Below, piece after piece: positions 35,254 to 44,727 of a DNA stretch of 56,957 nucleotides. Source of the DNA: Candidatus Eiseniibacteriota bacterium (lineage in GTDB: Bacteria > Joyebacterota > Joyebacteria > Joyebacterales > Joyebacteraceae); NCBI GenBank assembly GCA_043819135.1, contig JBDRFG010000013.1, forward strand, positions 1 through 56,957. The letters run 5' to 3'. Below the pieces are notes generated by a model. It saw only the letters and a list, made by a program, of their open reading frames with translations. It ran no database searches and was not told the DNA's origin. How positions within the stretch are numbered: position 1 is the stretch's first letter; every line of letters begins with the position of its first letter. The position numbers and the translations under genes are program-made.

Positions 35254-36483
35254 TTACGAGCCGAACACCCTCACGTCGAACTCGATCCAGTTGATCCTGG
35301 GCACCTGCCAGTTCTTGATCGCGACCGTTCTGTAGCCCGTCACCTCGACCTCGACCCTGGTGTCGCCCCATTGTCTGGCGAAGACCCTGCCCTGCTCCGG
35401 CCTCTCGCCGTGATCTCCCTCGACGTCCAGGCGGAAGAGCACGTCGTCTCCCCAGTGGTCCTTCATCGAGAAGCGTCCGACTATCTCGGTCGGGTCACCC
35501 TTCGAACTCTCCACGCAGTCGATTCTGATCACGGCGTCGGTGGGCCCGATATCGAATCCCACGGAGTAGCCGTCGGAGCAGTCGCTCATCCTGAACCGGT
35601 CCTGAAGGACGGTGCGGCGATCGTCGTCGTCCCATCGCCGCCCGTTGTCCTCACTGCCGCGGTAGCCGTTCCAGTCGTTCCAGCCGCCGTCGTACCGGCG
35701 GCCGTCGTCACGCCGGTCCCCGTCGTCGTACCAGCCGTCGTTTCGTCCGTCCCCGGCGACGCGGAACGAGACCGAGTCGCACGACCAGAGTTCGGGACGG
35801 TCGTGCCACTGCGGAGGCACGGGCCAGTTACGTGGCCCGACGACCACGCGGCCGCGCCATCCCGGCGGGGGGGATCCACCGGGACGGCCGACCACTACTC
35901 TCCCTCCGTTCGGATGGTGCCGGGGGATCCAGGCGCCGCCCGGGCCGCCGGGCCAGGGGGATTCGTGAGCGCATGCAACCAGCGTCTCAACGCCCCCCGT
36001 CCCAGCGATTCTGAGGGAGTATCTCCGGCTCTCCGGGACCCTGTACGTGCGTCCCGGACTTACGAAAGTAGAGCCGGACCACCTGCTCGGATATATGGTG
36101 CTCACCCGCCCGTCGGGCGAGTAGTCGAGGATCGTGACGTAGCAGGGCCGGTCGACGCGGAAGTAGACCCAGAGGCGGTCGCCCGGGTAGTAGGTTGACC
36201 ACTCTCCCCGGTCGACCCACACTTGAATCCTCGGGGCGGAACGATGCTGCCCGGGATACCACTCACCCCAACCGCTCCAATGCGGCGGCTCGGGTGCGAC
36301 GACCACTCTGTCCTGTCTTGCGCCTTCGTCGACGGGCCTGGCCTCTTCGCCCATCGCGTCGTCCTCCTCCATCACGCTCGCCGCAGGCGCCGGCTGTGTC
36401 GCTGCAGCGAGCACGAGTGCGACGGTCAGAACAAAGAGCGCGAGAAGGGCTGGCTGGCGGCCAATCGATATCGCTCGGGTCAT
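35254..36483 (-). CDS. Exported DUF4384-like domain protein
   Basis: Signal peptide; VWVDRG...YYPGDRL.VYFRVDRPCYV.ILD...DGRV..IYP; D/G/R/W-rich linker. Confidence 0.78.
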   Translation of the reverse strand: MTRAISIGRQPALLALFVLTVALVLAAATQPAPAASVMEEDDAMGEEARPVDEGARQDRVVVAPEPPHWSGWGEWYPGQHRSAPRIQVWVDRGEWSTYYPGDRLWVYFRVDRPCYVTILDYSPDGRVSTIYPSRWSGSTFVSPGRTYRVPESRRYSLRIAGTGGVETLVACAHESPWPGGPGGAWIPRHHPNGGRVVVGRPGGSPPPGWRGRVVVGPRNWPVPPQWHDRPELWSCDSVSFRVAGDGRNDGWYDDGDRRDDGRRYDGGWNDWNGYRGSEDNGRRWDDDDRRTVLQDRFRMSDCSDGYSVGFDIGPTDAVIRIDCVESSKGDPTEIVGRFSMKDHWGDDVLFRLDVEGDHGERPEQGRVFARQWGDTRVEVEVTGYRTVAIKNWQVPRINWIEFDVRVFGS

Positions 36484-36572
36484 GACTGCACCTCCTGTCA
36501 TCGGCCGGAGTGGCCCCGCATTGGAAGCTGGTCTCTCAGATGTTCTCCGGCGCCATCCATGCGGTGAACTTA

Positions 36573-36597
36573 GACGCCCGACCCCACACCCTATTCA
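36573..36597 (-). promoter_or_regulatory. Putative ECF promoter TGAATA-N15-CGTC (copy 1)
   Basis: Same boxes and spacing as the motif upstream of the ECF sigma gene. Confidence 0.55.
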
Positions 36598-36704
36598 ACA
36601 TACAGAACGGCCGGGCGCGTGGGCCCGACCGTACTACTTCAGCGTGTATTCGGCCTGCTTCTTGCCATTCTCGCCACTCGGAAGGAGTGGCGAAGGCGCG
36701 TCTA

Positions 36705-37226
36705 CTACCCGCGCGCAGAGAGCGCGAGTACGAGCACGCCCGAGCGGATCGGAGGGCCGCCAAGGAGAACCGTCCCGCCGTTCTTCAGGCGGATCTTCGT
36801 CCGAAGGACCACCTCGCGCTCGTCGGCCCGCCCTCCACGTCCGCCCTCTCTCTTCGGCTTCTCGCGGAAGAGGGTCACGACCATTTCTATCATGTCGGCG
36901 CCACCAGGCTCGATCTGCTCAGGAGCTACATCAATCGAGAAATGCTCCGGCAGCTTGAACACCTTGGTCTTGCCGAACTCGACGGTGGACCGGTCCTTAC
37001 TGAGGAACGTGTAGCTGTTGTATGCGAAGAGAGACTTGAGGTTCTTGGAGAAAGGTTCGAGACGTGGGTCAAGCTCGACGGCCGCGTCACGACGTTCTTC
37101 GGCGGGGCGCGTGGCGGCGGCGATGGAGGTCACCTCTACCAGTATATCGCGAGGTGATGCGGCCGACGCCGACACTGTGAACATCACAAGCAGCGCTATG
37201 GAACAGCCGATGGCAGTCGTCCTCAT
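36705..37226 (-). CDS. Exported hypothetical protein in the ECF operon
   Basis: GGGAGG RBS; signal peptide MRTTAIGCSIALLVMFTVSASAA. Confidence 0.75.
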   Translation of the reverse strand: MRTTAIGCSIALLVMFTVSASAASPRDILVEVTSIAAATRPAEERRDAAVELDPRLEPFSKNLKSLFAYNSYTFLSKDRSTVEFGKTKVFKLPEHFSIDVAPEQIEPGGADMIEMVVTLFREKPKREGGRGGRADEREVVLRTKIRLKNGGTVLLGGPPIRSGVLVLALSARG

Positions 37227-37308
37227 GTGCCTCCCTGGAACCCGTTCCGGCGCGGTGCGCCGCGGAGCGTGCTCACCGCCAATCCCTAGACAGCGCGAAA
37301 GGGCGGAG

Positions 37309-37863
37309 CTACTTCGCGCCCGGGCCCTCACCGCGGATCCCGCCCTCTACTTCTTCCGAGAAGACCCAGATGACCGTCATCTCGGGATCCTCGGAGGAAA
37401 AGAACATCGGGGTATAGCCGGCGGCGAGGCTCTCTATGCTGTCAACGATGCACTCGTTGCCGGCGGCGGCAGTCCCTCCGCGCCATGGCGCGATACTGAG
37501 CGGGCCGACGGTCAGGATGACGAAGAGAACCACGACGCACGCGGCAGTGAGAGCATACGCGCTCTTCCACGCCGGCGCGTGGACAGGTCTGGCCTCCCGG
37601 ACCTTCGCCGTACGCCGCGACTCACGGTCGACTTGATCCAGCTCGAGTTTGAGCTCGTGCCGGAATCGCACCCACCTGTCGTCCGACACGGCGGGCGCTC
37701 CGTGGCTCCTGAGGATTCTATCAGACGTGCGAATCGAGTCAAGCTCGCTCGCGCAGTTCCCACAGCTCGCGAGGTGGGCTTGAACCCTGCGCGTCAGTCT
37801 CTCGGGCAGTTCCCCGTCGGCGAACGCCGTCAGGTATCGTTCGTATCTGCATGACCCTATCAT
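37309..37863 (-). CDS. Membrane-anchored zf-HC2 anti-sigma factor
   Basis: LTAFADGEL...HLASCGNC; one TM helix; directly after the sigma gene. Confidence 0.88.
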   Translation of the reverse strand: MIGSCRYERYLTAFADGELPERLTRRVQAHLASCGNCASELDSIRTSDRILRSHGAPAVSDDRWVRFRHELKLELDQVDRESRRTAKVREARPVHAPAWKSAYALTAACVVVLFVILTVGPLSIAPWRGGTAAAGNECIVDSIESLAAGYTPMFFSSEDPEMTVIWVFSEEVEGGIRGEGPGAK

Positions 37864-37866
37864 TAA

Positions 37867-38511
37867 CTAGGCGTCCTCCGCCCCTCCTTCCGATACTGAC
37901 CGACCGCCCTCAACGTAGGGCGCAAGCATCACTCGCAGCTTCTTCCGTGCGTAGTGAAGACGCGACATCACCGTTCCGATGGAACAACCGACAACGTCTG
38001 CTATCTCTTTGTACGAGAGCCCTTCCACCTCGTACAGGACGAACACGGATTTGTGGTAATCGGGCAGGAGGTCGACGGCCTTCTGAATCTGCTCCCCGAG
38101 CTCCGACGACAGGGCATTGTCCCCGGGCTCCCGCGGCAGACTGGCGATGATCGGCTCGCTGCCCGCATACTCCGCCACTTCTTCGGGAACCGCGAGTGAA
38201 TCGACCGAACGAGCTTTCTTCCTCGTCCAGTCTATGCACGTGTTCATCGCGATCCGATAGAGCCAAGTCGAGAAGCTCGACTTCCCCTTGAAGGTCTTGA
38301 TCCCGCGATAGGCCCTTATGAAGACGTTCTGTGAGAGGTCCAGTGCAAGATCCGGATCCCTGGCGAATCTATAGGCAACCGCGTAGACGATGTCCTTGTG
38401 GCGCTCGACCAGATAGCCGAAGGCCTCACGATCGCCTGCCTGGGCGGCCCGCACCTTCTCGAGATCGACCTCCTTGGGGTCTCGCTGCTCGTTGGGGTCT
38501 TGCTCAGGCAT
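37867..38511 (-). CDS. ECF sigma-70 family sigma factor
   Basis: Region 2 DLSQNVFIRAY...FSTWLYRIAMN; region 4 GLSYKEIA...GTVMSRLHYAR. Confidence 0.95.
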   Translation of the reverse strand: MPEQDPNEQRDPKEVDLEKVRAAQAGDREAFGYLVERHKDIVYAVAYRFARDPDLALDLSQNVFIRAYRGIKTFKGKSSFSTWLYRIAMNTCIDWTRKKARSVDSLAVPEEVAEYAGSEPIIASLPREPGDNALSSELGEQIQKAVDLLPDYHKSVFVLYEVEGLSYKEIADVVGCSIGTVMSRLHYARKKLRVMLAPYVEGGRSVSEGGAEDA

Positions 38512-38531
38512 CTCACCTCGCCGGGTGGTCT

Positions 38532-38556
38532 GACGGACAGGGTCGGATCGTATTCA
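38532..38556 (-). promoter_or_regulatory. Putative autoregulatory ECF promoter TGAATA-N15-CGTC (copy 2)
   Basis: Ends about 20 nt upstream of the sigma start codon. Confidence 0.55.
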
Positions 38557-38558
38557 CT

Positions 38559-39914
38559 CTAGACGCTGATGTCACCGAATTCGCGCAGCTTCGAGGTCAC
38601 CGTTTCCTGAATTTCCGCCAGACGGGCTTCCGTCCGGGCCTCGAAGCGCATCACGATGACGGGTTGCGTATTGGACGCTCTCACAAGGCCCCAGCCGTCG
38701 CCGAAGAGGATCCTGACGCCGTCCACATCGATGACGTCGTAGTTGGCCGTGAAATACTCCACGGCCTTGGCGACGATCTCGAATTTGGTCGCGTCGTCCC
38801 TGGTCTCGCCGCGGATCTCGGGCGTGGAGTAGTACTTCGGGATGGTGGCGACCATTTCAGAGAGCGGCCTGTCGCTCCGGGAGAGCATCTGCAGGATGCG
38901 GCAGGATGCGTATATGGCGTCGTCTATGTTGTAGTAGCCTTCGGCGAGAACCATGTGACCGCTCATCTCCCCACCCATGGGCGCGCCTCTCTCGCTCATC
39001 TTCTTCTTAAGAAGCGAGTGCCCGGTCTTCCACATGACGGGCGTGCCGCCGTGCGCCTCGATGTCCTCCACGAGCGCCTGCGAGCACTTGACGTCGAAGA
39101 TGATCTCGGCGGGGCCACCAGCCAGAACCTCGCGCGCCAGGAGCGCGAGCATTATGTCTGCGAAGACCACGTCGCCGTTCTCGTCCACCACGCCGACCCT
39201 GTCCGCGTCGCCGTCGTAGCCGATGCCCACGTCCGCTCCGTGCTCCTTGACCGCGGCGATGAGGTCCGTGATGTACTCCATGACCGTGGGGTCCGGGTGG
39301 TGGTTCGGGAAGTTCCCGTCGGGCTCGCAGAACAGGGGGATGACCTCGCACCCCAGGCTGGTCAAGAGGTCGACCGCCACCAGGCTCCCGCACCCGTTCC
39401 CGCAGTCGGCGACGACCTTGAGCGGGCGCTCGAGCTTGATGCGCTCGCGCACAGCGTTCGTGTACTGCTCGAGGATGTCCGCAGAGCTGACCGAGCCGGA
39501 GCCTTCCGCGAAGTCACCCGCCTCGATGATCTCGCGGATCTTCTGGATCTCTTCCCCGTAGACGGAGTCCTCACCCAGGTTGAGCTTGAAGCCGTTCATG
39601 TCCGGCGGATTGTGGCTGCCGGTTATCATAATGGAGCCATCCACCGGGAGGACGTAGAGGCTGTAGTAGAGCGCGGGCGTGGGCACCGTTCCGATGTCGA
39701 CGACATCGAGGCCGGTCGAGAGCGCTCCCTCCGTGATGAGGGTGCGGAACCTCTCGGTGGAATGGCGTACGTCCCCGCCGAGCGAGATGCTCTTGCCGCC
39801 GTGGCGCAGAACGTAGGTCCCGAACCCCCTGCCTATGTCCCTAACGACGTCATCCGTGAGATCCCTGTCCACAACGCCTCTGATGTCGTACTCCCGGAAG
39901 ATGTAGCTATGCAT
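38559..39914 (-). CDS. Phosphomannomutase/phosphoglucomutase (AlgC-like)
   Basis: IFREYDIRG, ITGSHNP, DGDADR, GEMSGH, VRASNT. Confidence 0.93.
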   Translation of the reverse strand: MHSYIFREYDIRGVVDRDLTDDVVRDIGRGFGTYVLRHGGKSISLGGDVRHSTERFRTLITEGALSTGLDVVDIGTVPTPALYYSLYVLPVDGSIMITGSHNPPDMNGFKLNLGEDSVYGEEIQKIREIIEAGDFAEGSGSVSSADILEQYTNAVRERIKLERPLKVVADCGNGCGSLVAVDLLTSLGCEVIPLFCEPDGNFPNHHPDPTVMEYITDLIAAVKEHGADVGIGYDGDADRVGVVDENGDVVFADIMLALLAREVLAGGPAEIIFDVKCSQALVEDIEAHGGTPVMWKTGHSLLKKKMSERGAPMGGEMSGHMVLAEGYYNIDDAIYASCRILQMLSRSDRPLSEMVATIPKYYSTPEIRGETRDDATKFEIVAKAVEYFTANYDVIDVDGVRILFGDGWGLVRASNTQPVIVMRFEARTEARLAEIQETVTSKLREFGDISV

Positions 39915-39978
39915 CGACTCCCCCTTCGGATCGCTGATGTCGCTATGGACCGGCCGCCTGAGTCAGCGCCGGGTCGTG

Positions 39979-40626
39979 CTAGGTTGGCTCAGCCTCGGGA
40001 GACGGCTCCGGGCCAGGTTCTTTCTCCGCAGACTTGCCCAACACCCGCCGCAGGCTCGACCGCCACGCTTCGCCCTCGCGACTCTCGAACTCGAACGCTA
40101 ACCGGTTCCCACCATCCGCGGCGCCGACGATCACGCGTACCTGCCTGAGCTCCGGCGAACTCCCCTCTCGAAGAGACACGTCGAGTACGGCGGCGTCCGA
40201 TCCGGCCGAGAGAGAGAGAGGGAATCTCATTGGTTCGCGGCGACCGCTCTTGTCGAGCAGGTAGAGAGCGGCATGCGTCAGCCGAACGTCGCCCTGGACC
40301 GATCCTCGCCCCCCTTCAACAAATTTGATCTTGAGGTTCTCCTCGCCTCGGAGGAACCCCTCGGTCCGCACGCGGCGCTCCCAGTCCTCGCGGACGGCCC
40401 TGGCCTTCCTTCTCCGCATCACCTCCGAAAACACCGCGAACAACGGAGCGAAGAGATATGGCAGGTTCTTGCCGAGCTTGCCGAGATCCAGGTCGGGCAA
40501 CCGGACGGACAGGCCGGACAGACCGAAGGTGAGGTCCTCCGGGATGCCGAACCTGTACACAACGTAGGCGACGGCCAGCACGGCCAGCGCCACGTAGGCC
40601 CATCGCTCGTCCCGTTCGTGATCCAA
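39979..40626 (-). CDS. Hypothetical membrane protein
   Basis: Two N-terminal hydrophobic segments; fills the gap between trpS and the PMM gene. Confidence 0.7.
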   Translation of the reverse strand: MDHERDERWAYVALAVLAVAYVVYRFGIPEDLTFGLSGLSVRLPDLDLGKLGKNLPYLFAPLFAVFSEVMRRRKARAVREDWERRVRTEGFLRGEENLKIKFVEGGRGSVQGDVRLTHAALYLLDKSGRREPMRFPLSLSAGSDAAVLDVSLREGSSPELRQVRVIVGAADGGNRLAFEFESREGEAWRSSLRRVLGKSAEKEPGPEPSPEAEPT

Positions 40627-40637
40627 GGCACCGCTCC

Positions 40638-41621
40638 TCAGTCCAGCGTCGTCCCGATCTTGTCTCTGACCTCTCGCATGGTCTCCTGCGCGATCGGCCT
40701 GGCCCGGTCGGCTCCGGCCCTCAGTATGTCGCGAACGTCAGCGGGCTTTGCCAGAAGCTCGTGCCGCCGCTCGCGGATGGGAGCGACGGTCTCCTGGATG
40801 TGGGCAGCGACGATCTTCTTGCAGTCGACGCAGCCGATGCCTGCGGTGCGACAGCCCTCGGCGCAGTGCGCCATTTCCTCTGGTGTCGAGAAGACACGGT
40901 GATAATCGTAGATGTTGCAGACCGCGGGATCACCGGGGTCGTTTCTGCGCTTCCTCGCCGGATCGGTCATGGCGGTGGCGAGCTTCTTCGATATCTCCTC
41001 GTCCGTGTCGTCGAGGTAGACGCAGTTATCCAGGCTCTTGCTCATCTTGTTGACGCCGTCGGTGCCCACGATCTTGGCGCCCCTCGACAGAACCTCGGCG
41101 GGCTCCTTGAACGTCTCGCCGAAGATCGAATTGAAGCGCCTCGCCATCTCGCGAGTGAACTCGAGGTGCGGGACCTGGTCCTCGCCGACTGGCACAATCT
41201 CGGACTTGTACAATAGTATATCCGCGGCCATGAGAACCGGGTAGCCGAACAGCCCCATGTTGACGTTGTCCGGGTTCTGTCGGACCTTCTCCTTGAACGT
41301 CGGGATCCGGGAGAGCCGCCCCATGGGCGTGATGCAATTCAGGATCCACGCGAGCTCGACGTGTTCGAGGACCAGCGACTGCAGCATGATGATCGACTTC
41401 GCAGGATCAAGCCCGGCTGCCAGGTAGCTCGCGGCCGCGTCGAGGACGCGCACCGGCATGTCCGCGGGGTCGTATCTAACGGTCATCCCGTGGAAGTCAA
41501 CGATCCCGAAGACCGGCTCGTAGGAATCCTGCAGCGAGATCCACTGGCGGATGGCTCCGAAGTAGTTACCGATGTGGAGCCTGCCGCTCGGCTGTATCCC
41601 GCTGAAGAAGTGCTTTCTCAT
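40638..41621 (-). CDS. trpS: Tryptophan--tRNA ligase
   Basis: SGIQPSG.LHIGNY, YPVLMAADIL, VPVGEDQ, KMSKS. Confidence 0.97.
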   Translation of the reverse strand: MRKHFFSGIQPSGRLHIGNYFGAIRQWISLQDSYEPVFGIVDFHGMTVRYDPADMPVRVLDAAASYLAAGLDPAKSIIMLQSLVLEHVELAWILNCITPMGRLSRIPTFKEKVRQNPDNVNMGLFGYPVLMAADILLYKSEIVPVGEDQVPHLEFTREMARRFNSIFGETFKEPAEVLSRGAKIVGTDGVNKMSKSLDNCVYLDDTDEEISKKLATAMTDPARKRRNDPGDPAVCNIYDYHRVFSTPEEMAHCAEGCRTAGIGCVDCKKIVAAHIQETVAPIRERRHELLAKPADVRDILRAGADRARPIAQETMREVRDKIGTTLD

Positions 41622-41784
41622 GGTCGCTCCCGCCCTCGTGAGGCTGATGTGTCACACGCGTCGCCGCGTCCACCGCGCGGGATCCGTGCTCTCTGGCGCA
41701 TATGCTAGCACGCGCGTCCCCGCCCGTTCAACCTGACGGACGCCGGGCCGCCCTCTCAGCGATCGCTCCATCTCCGGGATGCGG

Positions 41785-44076
41785 TCACTCGACCTCCGGG
41801 AGACTGAGCGCGCGGATCCGCCTGCGTGCCTCGTCCGACACGGGATTCGCGGCGAGCGCGGCTTCGTAGGCCCGGATGGCGGCGGCCGTGTCCCCTCTCA
41901 GCTCGTAGATGCGGCCGGTCACCAGCAGTATCTCCTCGTCGAGGTCGCCATCCGCCAGCTCGCTCGAAAATGACTGTCGAACCTGCTCGATGCCACGCTC
42001 GGCCTCGTCAATCCTCCCCAGTTCCACCAGAGCGCGCGCCCGTGCGACGCGCCCAGCCGGGTCGTCGGGCGCGGCGACGACGTAGACGTCGAGGTGCTCG
42101 AGCGCGGCTGCTGGGTCTCCGGAACGCAGATGCAGTCCGGCGACCTCGAATCGTACGTCGATGTTGGCGGGGTCGAGCTTTATTGCCCTGTCAATGGCTG
42201 CAAGTCCGTCCGCCAGACGTCCGTGCCCAACGAGCGCTCCGGCGTAGGCGTGAACGTAGGACGCGTTCTCGGGCTCGAGACCGGCTGCCGCGCCGAACTC
42301 GTCTACCGCGGCGCCCCAGTCACCCGAGTCGGCCGCCGCGGCTCCCAGCTCGAGGTGCATCGCCGCCAGCTCTTCTCTGTTCATCTTGGGTATCAGGTGG
42401 CGCCCGTCTATCGTCACCTCGATCGGCTTCGCGTCGGTCCGGATCTCGAAGAGCTGATGCGACGACTCGATGGCCACCGACTCGTCGTAGGCCCAGCCTC
42501 CGAGGTCTATGGTCAATGGAAGCGGAGTGTGAAACGGTTCGCCCTCCTGCCGGATGAGCCCGCGGACCACGTAGCTGCCGTCGCTGACGGGACTTGCCTC
42601 ATACTCGATCGCGTACGAGGGCAGGTCGCCTCTGGACATCCACTCGTAGAAGAACCAGTCCAGATCCTGTCCGTGCTCTCCCTCGAACGCCTCGACGAAC
42701 TCGCGTATTCCGACCGGCTCGCCGCCGTGCTCGGAAGCGATCGTCCGCAGCGCCGCGCAGTAGGCTCTCTGGCCGACCACCGACTTCAGTATCTCGAAGA
42801 CCGCCGATCCCTTGCCTCCACAGACCCGCTGGTCGGTCGTCCCGTCGGGTCCGAGGCACTCGAGCAGAGAGATCCCTCGGCCGGAATCGCGCACTGCCCC
42901 CATGTACCGCGCCCGGTGGCGCCCTCTCAATCTAGCGGCGCCATCCTCGTCGCCCGTCGCGTCGAGCCATTCCGTCTCGGCCTGGATCGCCAGACTGGCC
43001 GACACGACGCTGCCGGGGTCGATCCAGAATGTCCACCAGCTGTGCGACAGGCCGGACACCACATGCCCGAGCGGCATGTCCGCCGGAGGACCGGGCCGCC
43101 CGCCTTCCCTGACGACCACGAGGCCCGGGCCCGCCACGACCACCGTTGGGCGCCCCAGACCGGCCGGGAGACGGACGACGTTGAGCCACTCGTACGGATA
43201 CGGGCCGAAGCACGTCTCCACGAAGCGAAGGAGCTCGATGAACTCCTGAGGCACCGAAGACGGAGAGCCCCCCCAGCCCGCGCCGCTCGATTCACCCGCG
43301 CCATCTGTAGACAACGCGTGGTATCCAAAGAACACGTCTCCGACGATAGTCAGCGAGCTCTCCAGCCGTCCCACGACAATCCCGGCGCCCGTGACCTGCG
43401 TCGGAACCTCCCACACATCTCCCTCGGAACATCCTCTCTGTCCCGTCAGCGACGGCGCCATGCCCGCCAGGGTGCCGCTGACCACACTGGAGTAGCCAGC
43501 CGGATATCGTGCCTCGACGCGAAGCCTGGCGGGGTCTCGTGCATCGGATACCGGGTACCAATGGAAATCCGGGGCCAGCACAACGACGTCGTCGTCCACC
43601 CACGCGCCGGCGGCAGGAGACAGCGGCCCCTCATAGCTTAGTTCCAGTTCGAGCGGGAACCTCGCGGCACCGGCGGCGGCCCGTACTTCGAGGGCGTCCC
43701 CGGTCCGCGTGTGGGGCAGCGTGTCGCCGCGGCTGTCGCGGACAGTGAGCACTTGCAGGCTCTCGTCGAGAAGCAGCCGGACACGGTCGAGGGGCGATTC
43801 GACCCAGAGTCGAACTTGGCCGGAGAGCCACCTGGCAGACGGGTCGATGCAGACGGATATCTCCTGTCTGATGACGTCCTGCCCATCCAGGGCCTGCCGG
43901 GCGGCGTCGACGCGCTCCTGATCGACGTCGATCAGCTTCTGGACAGCCGTAGATACATGCGAGGAAGAGACGTCGTCCTCCCCCAGGGCTGAGCCGGAGG
44001 GCAGGAAGGGACCGCAGGCGGCCACGACGGCTGCTGCGACCGAGATGCTGAGAGAGCGCTGGAGTCCCCTGTTCAC
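41785..44076 (-). CDS. M1 aminopeptidase-like protein lacking HExxH, with C-terminal TPRs
   Basis: GTG start after GGAGGT; WYP, FGPYPY, KGSAVF..L, DLDWFF..W hallmarks; the zinc motif position reads VVSGLSHSWW. Confidence 0.78.
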   Translation of the reverse strand: MNRGLQRSLSISVAAAVVAACGPFLPSGSALGEDDVSSSHVSTAVQKLIDVDQERVDAARQALDGQDVIRQEISVCIDPSARWLSGQVRLWVESPLDRVRLLLDESLQVLTVRDSRGDTLPHTRTGDALEVRAAAGAARFPLELELSYEGPLSPAAGAWVDDDVVVLAPDFHWYPVSDARDPARLRVEARYPAGYSSVVSGTLAGMAPSLTGQRGCSEGDVWEVPTQVTGAGIVVGRLESSLTIVGDVFFGYHALSTDGAGESSGAGWGGSPSSVPQEFIELLRFVETCFGPYPYEWLNVVRLPAGLGRPTVVVAGPGLVVVREGGRPGPPADMPLGHVVSGLSHSWWTFWIDPGSVVSASLAIQAETEWLDATGDEDGAARLRGRHRARYMGAVRDSGRGISLLECLGPDGTTDQRVCGGKGSAVFEILKSVVGQRAYCAALRTIASEHGGEPVGIREFVEAFEGEHGQDLDWFFYEWMSRGDLPSYAIEYEASPVSDGSYVVRGLIRQEGEPFHTPLPLTIDLGGWAYDESVAIESSHQLFEIRTDAKPIEVTIDGRHLIPKMNREELAAMHLELGAAAADSGDWGAAVDEFGAAAGLEPENASYVHAYAGALVGHGRLADGLAAIDRAIKLDPANIDVRFEVAGLHLRSGDPAAALEHLDVYVVAAPDDPAGRVARARALVELGRIDEAERGIEQVRQSFSSELADGDLDEEILLVTGRIYELRGDTAAAIRAYEAALAANPVSDEARRRIRALSLPEVE

Positions 44077-44119
44077 GGATACCTCCATGGGTGAGCGAAG
44101 GAGCGAGAACCGCCTTTTC

Positions 44120-44148
44120 TTGACCCGAAGTGTCCAGAATACTATCAT
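44120..44148 (+). promoter_or_regulatory. Sigma70-type promoter for iscU
   Basis: TTGACC-N17-TATCAT. Confidence 0.6.
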
Positions 44149-44183
44149 ATTCGAACAGGCGAACGGAAAGGGAGTACTCAGAG

Positions 44184-44567
44184 ATGGCACCAGCATACAG
44201 CGATAAGGTCCTGGAGCACTTCAAGAACCCGCGGAACGTCGGCGAACTCGAGAACCCGGACGGCGTGGGAGTCGAAGGCAATCCTATTTGCGGCGACCTC
44301 ATGGAGATTCACATCCGGGTTGAGGACGACCGCATCGTCGACATCAAGTTCAAGACGTTCGGGTGCGGCTCAGCCATTGCCACGAGCAGCATGGTCACGG
44401 AACTCGCCAAGGGCAAGACGCTCGACGAGGCCATGACGATCACGCGTCAGGACGTCGCGAATGAGTTGGACGGCCTTCCGAAGCAGAAGATGCACTGCTC
44501 AAACCTGGCGGCCGACGCGCTTCACAAGGCGATCGAGGACTACAGGAAGAAGCAGGCCAAGGGCTAG
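44184..44567 (+). CDS. iscU: Fe-S cluster assembly scaffold IscU/NifU
   Basis: YSDKVLEHFKNPRNVG, GNPICGD, FKTFGCGSAIA, KMHCSNLA. Confidence 0.93.
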   Translation: MAPAYSDKVLEHFKNPRNVGELENPDGVGVEGNPICGDLMEIHIRVEDDRIVDIKFKTFGCGSAIATSSMVTELAKGKTLDEAMTITRQDVANELDGLPKQKMHCSNLAADALHKAIEDYRKKQAKG

Positions 44568-44590
44568 TCCTGGAGCCCGGCGACGATCCG

Positions 44591-44727
44591 TAATAGAACA
44601 AGGCCCCGTCGTCTGCCCGTTCAGGGCGGTGACGAGGCTTCCTTGTCCCACGTGTGGCCTCACGGGAGTCACTCACCGGCTCATCCGCGGCGATCACGAT
44701 GGCCAACCGGGTCTACGTCCTCGTGAC
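44591..44727 (+). pseudogene. DUF2752-like gene remnant
   Basis: CPFRAVTRLPCPTCGLT motif with no start codon and no TM body. Confidence 0.45.
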
